From the human T2T-CHM13v2.0 reference genome, Homo sapiens, in the NCBI RefSeq assembly GCF_009914755.1, contig NC_060939.1: a stretch of 64,000 nt of DNA. One strand, written 5' to 3'. Positions 46,701 through 60,150 of the stretch are shown here, piece by piece. Made by a program: the position numbers and the translations under genes. How positions within the stretch are numbered: position 1 is the first letter of the stretch; every line of letters begins with the position of its first letter. The notes under the pieces are model-generated. The model saw only the letters and a program-made list of their open reading frames with translations. It made no database searches and was not told the DNA's origin.

Positions 46701-48289
46701 TGTGTTTCTGGCTCTGGCTCTTCCTTGGCTCCTCTCAGATTTTGGCTGGAGGGGATCCTAGTTAGAATCTAGCTCAGCCAGGTCCTGAGGCCCCTCGTGA
46801 AGAGCCGGAGATGTGTGTGTGGCTCAGCTGTTAGGGGAATCAGCTGTGCCCACTCACTCCCCCATCCCATTCCCAGAGCCTAAAATAAAGTCCTGGGCCA
46901 AATGGTGGTTGCTGGGGCGGAGTGGGCTGGGCTGGGCAGTGACTTAGTGGCAGTGCAGGGGCCATACGAGTTCTTTTGTGTGTGTGTGTGTGGGGGGACC
47001 TCTTGCTGTCCCTGCTTGCCTAGTTCCTGGATTCCGTGCGGTGACAGGTGTTAGCTTGTACCTAGCTCATACCTCACCCAGTGCACTGCCAAGTTGAAAG
47101 GGCACGGGGGCTTCTTCTGAGTGGCCCAAATCTTGTCCCCTATACCTGCCTTTCACTCTCAGGTGCTTGCTTTGAGGTCATTTATGTACCCATGCTTTAC
47201 ATACTCTTCTAACAACCACAATATTTGGCTTCTAAATTCACAGCAAGTTAGAAGTAACAAATTAGAAGGGGGAAGAAGGCCTTTTCCCTGCAGCTGTACT
47301 GCTCCCATTGTGCGTTCCTTCCCCTCTTCTCTGTGTTGTCCTGGGATTTCTCACTTCTGGGATTTTACTCATGCTGAATTGCCAGCCTACTTGAGTACAT
47401 TCCTTCCCAACTCCAATTGGCCAAACTTTGTCCAGTGCCTCCTCCTCCAGGAGGCCTACCCAGATTTTCTCCACATCTCTCCCTCCCTTGACACCTTCAG
47501 CAGAGGGTCAGCTGCACATCTGAGTACTTAGTAAATACTCAGTAAATGAAGTCATTTCTGGATGAATGAATAAAAAAATCATACATACACATAAATCTAA
47601 CAAGCACTGAGATGGTCGAATTTTTGTTTTTAATATTGATTTAAATATAACAGCTCCCAGGGGCTCCTCTCCTCTGTTCCATCACATATGAAGTCTCTCA
47701 CTTGCAAGCAAGAACCAGCCTGAAAACGTTGGTTTTGTGTGCTCTGTTAAAAAAAGAAAGAAAAATTCTATGCAAATTGCTTTAAAATTTAAAAAAGAAG
47801 AAGAAATGCCAGAAGGGATCCCCTCAGCCTCTGTGCAGCTCTGCTCTTCATCTGACGGGGCCCCCAGAGGGCTTAGAGGAGCTAAGGTTTCATGAACTGC
47901 ACATGACTTGGGACCCCTTTGCAAGGTCTCCGTGGAGCCACCAGAAACTTGACTAAAAATGGAGACTGACCTACCTAGTGCGTGTGTTTAGATTCCCGAT
48001 GATTCATCACTGACACGCTGATGTCAGAGGAGCCTGGGAAGATGTTTACATCTTTTTAAAAAAGGGAAAGCGAAACGTTTTTCTGCAAAACCGTCTGTAA
48101 AACCATCTGTAAAGGCTGCTCTAGACTCTTCCTCTTCCTCCTGGGCACTTCTGGCCTGAGCTCTCGGACAAACCACTATTTTTCTCCTGTAGGTTCCCTA
48201 ATTTGGATGGGTAAAATGAGGACATTTAAGGCAGCCACAGTTGGCAAGCGGTGGTATAAATACTACTCTGCAGTAGACTGAGAGAACAA

Positions 48290-48800
48290 TAATTTATTTA
48301 TATATTAACTCATTTAGTCCTCCCAACTAAAGGAGATGGCTCCCTTTTATAAAAGAGGAAACTGGTATGAAGAGGTTAAGTAACTTGCCTTCAGTCTCAC
48401 ATCCCGAAGAAGGTCCAGTAGGCTTTATACTTGGCAGGAAGGGTTAGACTCACTGTGCTTTACTATACTACTGACTTTGTAGCTTTGCTCCTAAGGTAGT
48501 GGCTAAATGCCTCCTCTCCCAAGTCACATTTCATGTGGATTTCCTTGCTTTCCTTATCACCCAGAGACAGAAAGGAGTCAGGGGTTGGGGGACAGTGAAC
48601 AGCTTCCTTTGGAGTCTTTCATTCAAATTCTGGCTCTCTCCCTTACGTACCATGTGACTTGTGTCAAATCTCCATATCCTCATCTGTAAAATGGATTTGC
48701 AAATTGATCTCATCTCATGGACTTGTGAGGATGAAAGAAGATGCTAGGTTTGGCCCAGGGCGAGAGTCATAAATGTATCCTTGAATGACAGCCATTATTA
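48290..48800. mobile_element. MIR fragments in opposite orientations
   Basis: GAGGAAACTGGTATGAAGAGGTTAAGTAACTTGCC (-) and CCTCATCTGTAAAATGG...TTGTGAGGATGAAAG (+). Confidence 0.6.
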
Positions 48801-49391
48801 TTACCAGCAATCACCTCTAATGACAATTTACTGTCACTATGCATTTTCAGAAAACAGTGCCCCTCCCCACTCAGAAAAGAAAAAACAACACCGATACATC
48901 TCCACGTGCTTTAAGTGCCCGGGGTGCCAGGACTGTGGAATGATAGCAGCTTCATTCTGTACGCAAATAATTCAAACTCCCAGTAGGTCTTGTGGACCCC
49001 CGATGTCTTAAATACAGACCCTTGAAACCTTGTCTCTCCTGGGCTCTCAGCACTTAGGAAGGTGTGAGTGTGTGGGTGGGGGGAGGGTTGAAAGGCCCTG
49101 TGGCTAATTGAGAGAATTAGAGACCAAGATGACTCTTAAGGAGAGAAATCTGAAGCATGTTCTTTTTCACTTTCTTAGCCATAAACTCTATTACCTATTG
49201 ATGAGGAAAATAAATTAAGACTAGACCGTGCTATGGAAGTATAATAGATCTAGTCAGTGGAATGCTTCTGCCTCCTTTCAAGTAATTTATATTTATTTTA
49301 TTTATTCAGTGCTTATTCTGTGCCAGCCATTGTTTTAGGCACTGGGTATACAGCAGAGAACAAAACAGAAAAGCCCCTGCCCTCAGGGAGC

Positions 49392-49395
<4 letters not shown>

Positions 49396-49445
<50 letters not shown>
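49396..49445. repeat. (TG)n microsatellite next to an L2 3' end
   Basis: Seen directly; preceded by antisense L2 tail at about 49290-49395. Confidence 0.95.
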
Positions 49446-49447
<2 letters not shown>

Positions 49448-49869
49448 GGAGAACAAAAACATCAGAAATTCTGTGCTGTACCTGCCTCTGACAGGATTCC
49501 TCATGAGTGGGACTGGTCAGCTTGGTCTCCCTCACTCTCTCACCCCTTAAAGCCAAGGACACGTGTTTTCACACAGCTGTCTCCACTTGGGCGTATTATT
49601 AAGGAAAGAGACAGAGACAGGCTCAATTTCTCTCTATATCCAAAAATAAGTAACAGGCTGAGGTAAAAAGGTTACTCAGGCAAGGTACCCATCAAGCAGG
49701 CAATACACCGGTGCCTGCCTTCTTCATCCCATTCCTGACCAGATGCTAGATCCAGGCAAGGCTGAAATCCTGGCAGTGGAACAGGGGCAGAAATGGTGAC
49801 AGTCCATGGCAGAAACCAAGAGGACTGGGAAGGGACAAGGCTGTGTCCAGGGGTGTGGGCAAATCATAT

Positions 49870-50040
49870 TAATAGCTAGCCTGTGCCAGTTAATCCTCAC
49901 CAGGACCTCTGATTTAGAGATGAGGAAACTGAGGCACAGAGAGACTGAGTAAAGTGACCCAAGGCCACACAGCTATTCACTGGCAGATCGGGGGCAGATT
50001 TGAACCCAGGGAGCTGGCTCCAGGGTCTATGTGCCTTATC
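49870..50040 (-). mobile_element. MIR
   Basis: AGATGAGGAAACTGAGGCACAGAGAG...CCCAAGGCCACACAGCT...GATTTGAACCCAGG. Confidence 0.8.
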
Positions 50041-52149
50041 CCACTATCAAACTGTTTATTTAGGGACCAAATTTCAGAAAGAAATGTGTACTTCTCTTGG
50101 GTAAAACTCATTCTCCAAGTGTCCTTAGAAGTCAGCAGGGGGTTCTTCCGTAGCCACCCTCCCTCACACTTCTTAGAGGCCCAGGTTAGAGATGTTAGGA
50201 ACCTTCTTTTACAAGCCCCCTCACTTGGCAGTTGAGGAAACAAGCAGATGGAGAAGGACTTGCTGGAGGCCATTATCAAAGTGGACACTAGAATCGCGAT
50301 CTCTTAGCAGAGCTCACACTGGGGCTGCATGTCAAGGTCTTGGGGAGAAGAGCTGCTTACCTTACTGGAGCCTCTTCAAGGGCCTAGCCACTTCTACTAC
50401 CAGCAGAGTAAAACAGCTGCCTACTCTGTAAAGAAGTCCCAGATAGTTTCTAAAGGCCTTAGTGGACTCGAGGTACCATGGTGTCCAATTAGCCAATGGG
50501 CCTTATATCTGGTCCTTGGAGAACTGTCCTTGTCCTTCTGGAGCACTGCCCATGCTCTGGGCATATCCTTGGTAGCATATGGTTTCCTGCCAATTTAGGG
50601 AGCTTTTCTCCATCCCGGAGCCAGGGGCCATGGAAGCCATGTTTGTTGCCCTCCCCACTCTTGGTATGTGCCTTGCACAGAAGTGGGGACTGAATGACGG
50701 TGGCGTTCAATTGAATGTCTTCACCTCTTGGTGCCAAGTCAGGTCCCCATACTATCCCACAAGGCTGCCTGAAAGATGCCCCCATCCTCCTTGGAATTGT
50801 GGGGGGAGGGTCAAGGACCACCACCCTGGACTTGGAATCAGAATGCCAGGAGGAATCCTGGCTCTACCTCTCCTTGCTAGGAGATCTCCAGGTAACCCAG
50901 ATCCATTCTTTGAGTTTCTATTTCCTGAAGGAAGCTGACAGTGTCTCCTTGGGAGGCCTGGCAAGTGGGGGATTATAGGAGATGCTGTGTGTGAAGGTGC
51001 TTTGCAAAGGGTGAGGTGGGTGGGAGATCCTGCTTACCCAATCACATGCTTACCTAATCCCTGCCTTGTTTGGTCCTGGGTCAGAGGAACCTTAGTCCTT
51101 TCATCACAAACCAAGAGAGAGGATGGAGGATTAGGGGAAAGGGGGCAGGGGTGGGCTTCCTCTGAGTTTCCCCAAAGAGGCTCCATCTTGAAGGTTACCA
51201 CTGTCCTACCCCATGGAGGGGGTTGCTGCAGTGAGGAGGGAGCTGGGGTGGGAAGTGAGCCTCAGGAAGAGCCAGCCTGCACCACACCCTGTGAGTCAAG
51301 GAGTTATCTTCTAGCCTGGTGGTTTCTGGTTAGAATTTGACATTAGTAGCACCAGCTTTACATCAGTCACTGGACTGGCAATGAAGAGAATGCCAGGTTA
51401 ATGAAATGTTCTTGACTTTCCTGCCTGGACATAGAGGTTCTATCACCAAACAGAAAGATAAGGCATTTGTGATATAGTAGCTGGAGTAACCAAAACTCTT
51501 TGGAGGTTCCTGTTCGAACGCACCCCAAAACCACATAAAAATTTTCATGGGTGGAAAGGGTTCTGCCCTTGGTGGTTCTGGAGTCAGATTTGGGTGCGTT
51601 TGGTCTGATTTACCCAGCAGTGCCCGCCCAGGGCTCCTGCTTGGCAGGTCTCATGGCCTAACTCACTAGACTGCCTGAGGGGGACCCGAGGTCAGTGGGG
51701 TTTAGCCAGAGTGAAATACACAAATCAGAAGGCGGGAGATGCCCGCGCGGGCCCGGAATGTATGTGCTCAAATGCCTCTGTAGGGTATGGTTTCCTGCCA
51801 GTTTGGGGAGCCTTTTCTCCATTTGAGAAAAAACAAACTTACAGCGAGGGGTGAGGGGTTAGGGTTTGGGATTGGGGAAAATGTGGGTGGGGAGCCCCCC
51901 CAAGGAAGTGAGGAGGGGGCTGCAAGGATTACACCTGGGCATACGTTTCCCTAGAAATCACATTCATTGTATTTTTATAATTTATTCTAAATCTTTCATG
52001 CGAAGAAAGTCAATAGTGAGTGTTAGTACTGGTGGCCCTCCTGATCACACTTGCATCTCTTGAGTGTGCCTTAAAGGTCTTGGGAATGGAAAATATAAAA
52101 ACTGCTTCGTGATGCGTCATCTTTATCCCCCACTCCCCCACCCATTCCA

Positions 52150-54061
52150 ATATATTTTCTACTTCCAGCCTAAATTCGGGGCCCCCTACCGAGGCCGGCC
52201 ATGATCTTGAGGGCGGCATAGGGGAGGCCGCGCTCTGTCCACCCCAGCCTGGTGATGCCGTTCGCTTCTTGTGCCCGGTATTGTGGGCTACATGCCTTTC
52301 CGGCGTACGGAGCTGAGCGTCCAGGCCAGTGCCCCTCAACCTCTCAGTAATGTTTACCCGAGGCCGTCGTGCAATGAGACTATTCGCATGGCATTGTCAA
52401 CGCGGCGGCGCGCGCGTCTCGGCCCTCCGCGGCTTGCCAGACTGTCCTGCAAACCACCTCACCCGTCTCTTTGGCGCAGGAGACTCAGGCTGTAACCGGA
52501 GAAAACACTTCACCCTGGAACCCTAACTCAGGTCCTGGCAAAAGATGCGAGAGGAAGACTTGCTCTCTTAATAAATCTCGGCCGCCCGCACATCTGGCCC
52601 CTAGACCTGCTCGGTAGAGGACTGGCTGGTGGATGCGCGGTCCAGGCCGTGGGCACTCGACCCACCTCTATTTTCCTTCCCGAGGCGCCCCTGGATTACC
52701 ACTTTCGGTTTGCGCTTACATCCGGGATGTCGAATTTCCCAGGGAATCATAATTATTTTATCTATAATTTATTCTAACCCCAAGGTTCCAAGAAAATCTG
52801 TAATGAACGTTAATATCTACAGCCTCCTGGTCAATCTGCATCGGGCGAGAGAGCCGTCGGGTTCTTCGCAGTGGGTGACTTCAGGTCCCTGTGCCTTGTT
52901 TCCTATCACTCTGAAAGAATTTTCTCCCCAAAGGAAATCCAACTTGTTTGAAACAGGTTTCTCCTCTCTGACTTTCTGCACTGGAGAAAAATCTGGATCT
53001 GCTTTTCGAAAAGATTTTTTTTTTTAAGAGGCATCCGGGCAGGCCTGAGGAGTCGGGCTGAAGGTGCGCCAGCCATTATTGCCTCAGACCTCCGGACGCT
53101 ACGTACCCCAAGCACCTGAGCTACTAGTGGTATATCAGACAAGATTTCTGGGAGCAGCCCCAGGAGTCCCTCCGCCCGCTCCCAGTCCGCAAGCGCAGAG
53201 GATCCTGCGCTCTGTCCCCCAAGGTCTTGGCGTTTGCTGAGCTCTCTCCGCGCGCGTCGAGGAGAGGCCGCCTCTCGTGAGCAAAAGCTGGGAGTTGTTA
53301 GAGATTCCGCAGCCGCTCTGAGGGCGAGATCGGGTTTGTCCCACGACCTCGGCGCCAGGAAGCTGTAGAAAGAGACAGACCCCAATTTTCTCCCCTTGGA
53401 GTTGAAACAAAACCTGAAAGCCCGAGGTTGCCCGCACCGCCAGAGGTGGCGCCTAGGCGGCGGGGGCGACCAGAGCCGCGTGCCCGCGCGGTTCCCAGGC
53501 CTGGGTTCTGTTTCTTCCTATTTTAGTTAGTTACTTAGCCGGTTAGCTAATAGACAGCTCACAGGCAGCATTTATGCAAACGCCAAGCCTGGACCCACGC
53601 TGAGTCTCCGCGGCCGCCAGACCTATAGTTGCCCGGCTGGGCTCCCAGAGGAGTGAAGAAGGGAAATTCCTAGTAATTAAAGGGGAGGTTTTCCCGGGGC
53701 GCCCCTTGGTGAAGTGGCCTTGGCTTCCAGTGAGGAACAAAGGACTAAGGTGCCTGCGCGCAGCGCGCCCTCGGGGCCCGGCGCGACCAGCTTTCACGCC
53801 TCTCCCAGCTCCACGGCGGCCGCGGGCTTTGTGAGCTGGGGCCGCGCGCCGCGCTGCACCTGCCCGGATTTAAGTACCTTGGCGAGGCAGCGCAGGCGGC
53901 TGTTCTAATCGCCGTCTCCAAGTACCTGCTCATGAATAAACACCAACCCCATTTATCAGGTACTTAGCGCTCATTGTGAAGGGGAAATTGGCCCTTTTCT
54001 GAAATTGTCTATCCACAACCCATCTGCGCAGTTCTGGTTGCAGAATTCCCCTCACCCTTGA

Positions 54062-54102
<41 letters not shown>

Positions 54103-57100
54103 GCAACACGAGGCTCCTCCAAGCTAAGATAAACTCGCTTTTCTTCCGGTAAGTGCGCGATTGAGCCGCGACAATAGGCGGCGAGGAGGAGGCCGTTGGG
54201 TCAATAGCCTGCGTCTCTCCCATTGATAGGAAAAGTCAGTGCGCGGAATGCAGGGCCTTAGGAAAGCCCTGTCCGGCGTTCCAGCCACAGGGGTCACACT
54301 TGCATCAACATGCGGGCACGCTGCCCCTTGGGTACCCCAAACATTGAGCAAAATATTGGAAAGGTGGACCGAGGTGTCTGTGGTGCCTGCCAGCATTGGT
54401 CGGGTGGGCCCCAGCTGTACCCTGGGTTCCCCTACTTTCCCCCAGTTGGGCCCCACATCTGGGTCTGGCTCTTAAGTCTTGGGCATATGGGATAGAGAAT
54501 TTAAGGATCCAGATACTTTACAATCCCCGGGCTAGTAGGAGGAAAAGTGGCTCCTCTGGGAACCCGGATGGGCCGAACAGCAGCTTCCGGCAGAGGCCCT
54601 CAGGTTTCAGAGTTCTCCAAGTGGGGAGAAGGGCGGCCTGCTCAGCCCGCGCACCCGTGGCAGCACCACAGAGGGAATAAAAGCAGGGTAAACAATTTGA
54701 AGATCCCCACGAAGGCAAGAGAGTAAATTTACAAACTCATTTGCGTCCGGAATACTCGCTTCTTTTTCACTCATACATTCCTTCTAAAATGTGGGCTTTC
54801 TGTGTACATGGGCGCGCATTCCCAGGACTCGGTTCCCTGGGTGGAATTCACCCAGGAATACAATCGATTTTCTGAACCTGCGTAAGGCCACAGGCAGCTC
54901 TGAAAATGAAAGCGTTTGCTAAGTGGGGGAGATCTCACCGATCGAACGTTTAAAAATGGCTTTGTCTTCATTCAGCTCTCCCGATTTATTCTGTGTTTTA
55001 CAAATAGAAGCTCAGAGCTTCTGTCGCCCAGTCCTTGCATGACTCATGGCGGTGGCCACACGGGTTTCAGGGATAACGGGATGTTTAGAAAATCGCTGCA
55101 TATCGGAGTTTCCTAGCACGTTCCATTTATACTGAACGCAGGCGGCCGCTGAAAATCCAGCCTCGACTCTTGCTAATGACTGGGTAGGACCCTCGGGGTC
55201 CTGCGACGGTGCTGGAGGGTGTTCCCGGCTCCGATGCGGGGAGGCCTGCGCGGGGACTAGGTTCTCGAGAGGCGAGCGGGCGCGCCAGAGAACCCGAGAC
55301 TGCTGCGGGGACGGATGCGGGATCCCTGGGCTGCGGTTCTGCGCAGAAACGCCAATGGCCATGCCTCCCCAGCTCCTCCCAGCCCCAGTCACTAGGCCGG
55401 CGCCTGGCCCGGAGATCCTCCCAGAGCCCTGGCGGTGCCATCATGCCGGAGAAGACAAGCTCGGCCCCGCTGGAATTCGCTCCAAACACAGATGCTCATT
55501 TTTGGAATATTCTAGAAAAATAACAAGATCTTGTTTGTCGTTATGATTCACGGGAGGTAACTGATGGGAGGGCCATTTACATGAGGGCAGACACTGTGGG
55601 GCGAAGGTGACTTCTGGACGTAGGCTTTAAAGTAGGAACGGCTCCAAATTCCCAATATCTCCGGCCTTACCGGTTGCAAATCGGACCCCTGCGGGAAAAC
55701 CAGACACTTCTGTTTCGTGGCTTTCGGGCTGCCTCCAGCCCACGCAGGCTCGTTTAGTCCCCGTGGAGTCAGCCCCGAGCCTTCCTAGTCCTGGAACAAG
55801 GGCTCCAGGTCGCGGCCGCGGGAAGCCGCCAAGAGGGCGGGGAGTAGGGATTCCCTCCAGCTCCGCAGGGCATCTCACAAGCGCCTTCTTCTGCGCCATC
55901 TCCCCACCTCCAGGTGCAGGGGATGAGCTTCCCCAGGTGAAGCTTAATTTTATGTGGTGAAAATTCTGGAATTCGAATTCGTTGCTCTTGTGTGTTTGTG
56001 TTAAATGCCTTGATGGCGTAGGTGTGTGCGCGCCCTCACAAATTTATGGAATTTATGGGCGGTGAGCGCGGCCGGAAAAGGTTTGGGGGACAAGTAAGAG
56101 AGGGCGCCTGCACGCTCTCTCCAGGCCCGGGACTGGCCCCCAAGGCACGGCTGGAGCAGAGCGTGGTGGAAGTGGTAAAGGCTTCAACTCGACTCCCTCT
56201 CTCTTAGGAGACCTCATTTCACCCTTCTCAGCCACGCCCTTCGTTCACATTCTTGCGTCCCTTGGGGTCCCAAGCAGATCCCCCACAGAAGACCAAGGAG
56301 AAGTGGAATTGAATCAGGGCAGAGCAGGGCTCCCCCAGGGCCGGTTCCCTGACTGGCATGGTGCAGCCAGGCCCGAGGCCTGGGACAGCCGTTTCGGAAA
56401 CCCTGGGGTCGAGGCCCTCCAGACTGGACTCAGGCCGCAGGAAAGAGCATAAGCCCAGCCCTCTCACATAGTGTGGCTTGTCCTCAAACCTCCCACCTCC
56501 CCAAATCTCCCCACTACAGCCCACCCTCACTAATCACCCCCCTTCATCTTGGTTCTTTTGAAGGGGTGGCCACGGGAGTGCCTCCGCCCATGACAGCAGT
56601 GTGCAGGAAGCTGACCTGGAGCTGGGAAGCCGGGAGAAGGCACGTGGGGTTCCACCTAGATAAACCCCAAAAAGACAGCTCCAGTGAGGGACTAGCAAAC
56701 CTGAGACCAGGTAGGGAGCAGCGTGTCCGCAGGGGCAAGGATGGAGCACCAAGTGCCAGAGCCTGAGATTTGGGCTCTCACATCCCTCCTTGGGAGTACT
56801 TGTGGCCCCTGGATAGTCATCACGTGCAAGCCTCGGACCCCTTGGAGGGGTTAGGGAGGGATCTGTGGTCCCCCTCTCATGTCGGCTACTGAAACCCCTG
56901 GGTTCCTTGAAACAATCTAGCCTACACCAGGAGCGTCCATCTTAAAGCTGGTGGCTTTTGGTTCCCCAGGACCCTGCTTAACTCCCATGACGTCAGATCA
57001 CCACTTAGAGCGTCTTGATGCCCAGGCTAGAAGGATCTCGGTTGCACCAGCTTTCCCCACTGCAGTTTCAGGTTTTGTCCCGACAGACTTTCAGCAAGCG

Positions 57101-58000
57101 GCTTAGCTCAGCCCTGGCGCTGCCTTCCAGGAAAGAGGGGCAGCAGCAGCCTCGGCTGAGCCGGGTGCCCTTGTGGGCTATCTGGTGGGGGCTCGCGGGT
57201 CCTTGCCTTCTCTGCCTGGGGTAGGTGGGAGGTAGGTTCTTGAACTTCCCGGGGCTTCTCCCTGGCACACTTTGGCTGCCACATCACGGATGGAAACGCT
57301 GAGGCCAATGGGCTCAGGTTCGCTAGCAGCAGGCAGCCGGCCCTGGTGTGCCCGCTGTGGCCTGGGTGCTCTGCATACCCCCGCGCGCGCTTGCTCTGTG
57401 TGGGGGGCTGGCAGATAGGGGTGTTCCTAGGGGCCACGCGGGGGGAAGGGGGTGGCGGGGCCGGTCTTGCGCTTCCCACGCTCCATCTGTTCAGTTCACT
57501 CTGGTGGTCTCTGTTCCAGTCTGGCCTAGGGATCCCTGGCTCCCCACGGCCAAGCCGAGAACTAGCGGGCGCAGGTTGCATTGTGCAGACTCCCGGGGTC
57601 AGGTCGCAGGGTCACGTGCACGCGTCGGGCCTCCTCCGGGCGCTCCTATTCCAGATCCGCCGACAGAGGGCGCCGGGGGCCCGAGAGGAGCATGTTCGGG
57701 CGCCTCTCCCGGGTCCCTGGCGCCACGCTGTGGGGCTTGGTGGTTCAGAGCCACACCTGACACCCTCACGTCCCAAACCGGGATAGTCGCACCGACAAAA
57801 ATCACAGGAAGGAGCGCGCAGTTGACTGTGGGCGGGCGGGACGGCGGAGCCACTTACAGCGGGACCTGCGAGGGTGTGGGTACGGGACTCCCCAACGGAC
57901 CCTCTAGTTTGTAACCGTGCGAACACTGGAGGGATTCATTATGTGCACCGTGGAGGCGCGGACATCCACCTGAGTGTGCAGAAGCAGGGGAGGGACACAA
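52150..58000. promoter_or_regulatory. Large composite CpG-island domain
   Basis: CpG-rich almost continuously over about 6 kb, nearly free of interspersed repeats. Confidence 0.75.
54063..54100. repeat. (CA)n microsatellite
   Basis: Seen directly. Confidence 0.95.
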
Positions 58001-58835
58001 GAGATAGTCCCTGAGACTGGCTCCAACCAATTTCTGAGCTGGAAGGGTTTTCTAGAACGTTAGTCCAAACACCCTCTTTAATAGCAGGAAACTGAGGCCC
58101 TGAGAGGGCAACGACTTATCCAAGGTCCTGCAGCACTTACAAACAGGGCTGACTCAACTAGCGCTGGGGAAGGGCGGCCCCTCCGCTGCCCTCTAAGCCT
58201 CAGTTTCCTCCGTTGTGAAACATTGCAGTTGTACTAGGTCGTGGTTCTGGAGGTATGCCTGAAGGGGTGTGCAGGAGTCTGCATGGGTATGCACATATGT
58301 GTTGGTGCACGTGTTGGTGCATGTGTGTGTTGGAGGCAGCCTATGGCCGTCTGAGAAGGGCTATGTCTCCATGCGTGGGTGCCTGTAAAGAGCTCCGTGG
58401 GTGCCTGTGTGTATTTGTGTGTATTTGCCCTTGAAGGAGTAGATGTGTATTTGCCCTTGAAGAAGCATATTGTGTACAGATGTATTTGTGCCTATCTAAG
58501 TGTGTGTTTGTGAAGGGATGTGTTGTGAGGAGTTGTGTGAAGAGTAAAGGGATATTTGTGTCTGTGAATTGTGTACATGTGCTTAAAGGGGTAATTGTGG
58601 ATTGTAAATAATTGTACGCTGGAAAAGGGCCTGGCACTCCCCATCCACTGGAACCCCACCGCCTGCCTTTACTGCTCCTTCACGTGTGCCCTGGAGCCCA
58701 TTCTCATTCTGGACCCCACAGAAAGGGGCAAGGGGATGAGAGGGCTGAGGGACACAGGCTCTGGGGTGTGGCTCTGCCCCAATGCCCAGCAGGCTCTAAC
58801 AGGCTGTGATTAGGCAAAGCTTCTCCTGGGCTGCA

Positions 58836-58839
<4 letters not shown>

Positions 58840-58891
<52 letters not shown>
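58840..58891. repeat. (GA)n microsatellite
   Basis: Seen directly. Confidence 0.95.
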
Positions 58892-58895
<4 letters not shown>

Positions 58896-59639
58896 GAGAA
58901 GAAGGAGGATTACGGCAAATTCATTTCTATTTTCCAGCCCAGTAAGCCTGCAGTGTGTCCCTGGTGTTAGCATGAGAATGGGCTAGGGCTCTGTGAACAC
59001 CCCCCGCCCCCGACCTACTGACCCCTCTTCCCCCCTGACATGAATAGCGGGACTCACAGCCTCCCCAGCCTCTCCAACTAGTGCCTGCAAAGCCACGGCT
59101 CCTAATCAGGGTAATTTAATATATTTTAAGCCCCCGGCGGCTTTATTTTCCCTCCTTTTCGAGTTTGTTTTAGGCATTCACAGCTCTCACCCCGTCATTA
59201 GACGGCCTTATTTGACGGATGGAAGGAGCTGCTATGAGACCACAGCCCTTTGTGTCCCCCACATAAGCTGGGCTTCCCCGTAATTAGAATGGTATTCCCA
59301 GCCATTGAGGCTTTTCATGAGGCAGAACAAAAACTCCCCGAGATGAATATCCCCCAACTCCCAGCCCCCTGGCCAGGAAAGGGGCTGTGAGTTAAAGGGA
59401 CTCCTTGGGGAAGGCAGTCCAGAGCAAGGACAGCCAGGGTCCTACCAGGGTGAGGAATTTAGGGGCCATGGGAAGTGGGCACCAGACAAAGGCTGGTGGC
59501 TGGTCAAAGTTGCTGGTAAACACCAGTCACCTATACATACTCCACCCAGCACTCAGCCAGCGTCAGGATGTACTGGGCTCATCAGAGGACCTTCATATTC
59601 TATGGGGTCTTGGGGTATGGAACCAGGCTGGAATGTGCA

Positions 59640-60150
59640 TGTAAAACACAAACACACACGGTCACACTAGTCACTCACATGCAGGCTTGAGATTACATTG
59701 TAAACACACATATATACACATACATGTACACATGCATGCTCAGCCACAAGATTACAACGTCACTAAACTAGGTTAGGAAATACTTGTAAATATACACACA
59801 TCACACACATGTTACCCAGACAGAACCAGACTGCAGTTTGTCTTTATATCTGTGCACACACACACACACACACACACACACGGCCAGCCACTCAGATTGC
59901 TTGTGAACACACACACACTCCTGCATACTCATATACATACATACACCCTTAGGGTCATCCAGACCCCAGTTTTTCTGGGGGCATTCACCAGCCTGTGCAC
60001 ACTGTGGCGCACCACCCCTCCTCCCCAGGATATAGACTTGCTTCTGGCCGCATTCCTAGGTCCATGCTCAGCCTATGTGCAAGTAGTTTGACATGCACAC
60101 ACATGCATGGATGCATGCCCATCCTCTGGCTCACACTGACATGTGAAAAC
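59640..60150. repeat. CA-rich low-complexity block with perfect (CA)n at 59855-59881
   Basis: Seen directly. Confidence 0.75.

Noticed and set aside
45910-46761. 283-aa ORF (likewise 5798-6649, 8131-8796, 57348-57914)
   Set aside because: Stop-poor GC-rich sequence, mostly non-ATG starts, no homology that I recognise.
53699-53712. Reverse CTCF-like GCGCCCCTTGGTGA
   Set aside because: Mismatch in the core; such matches are common in GC-rich DNA.
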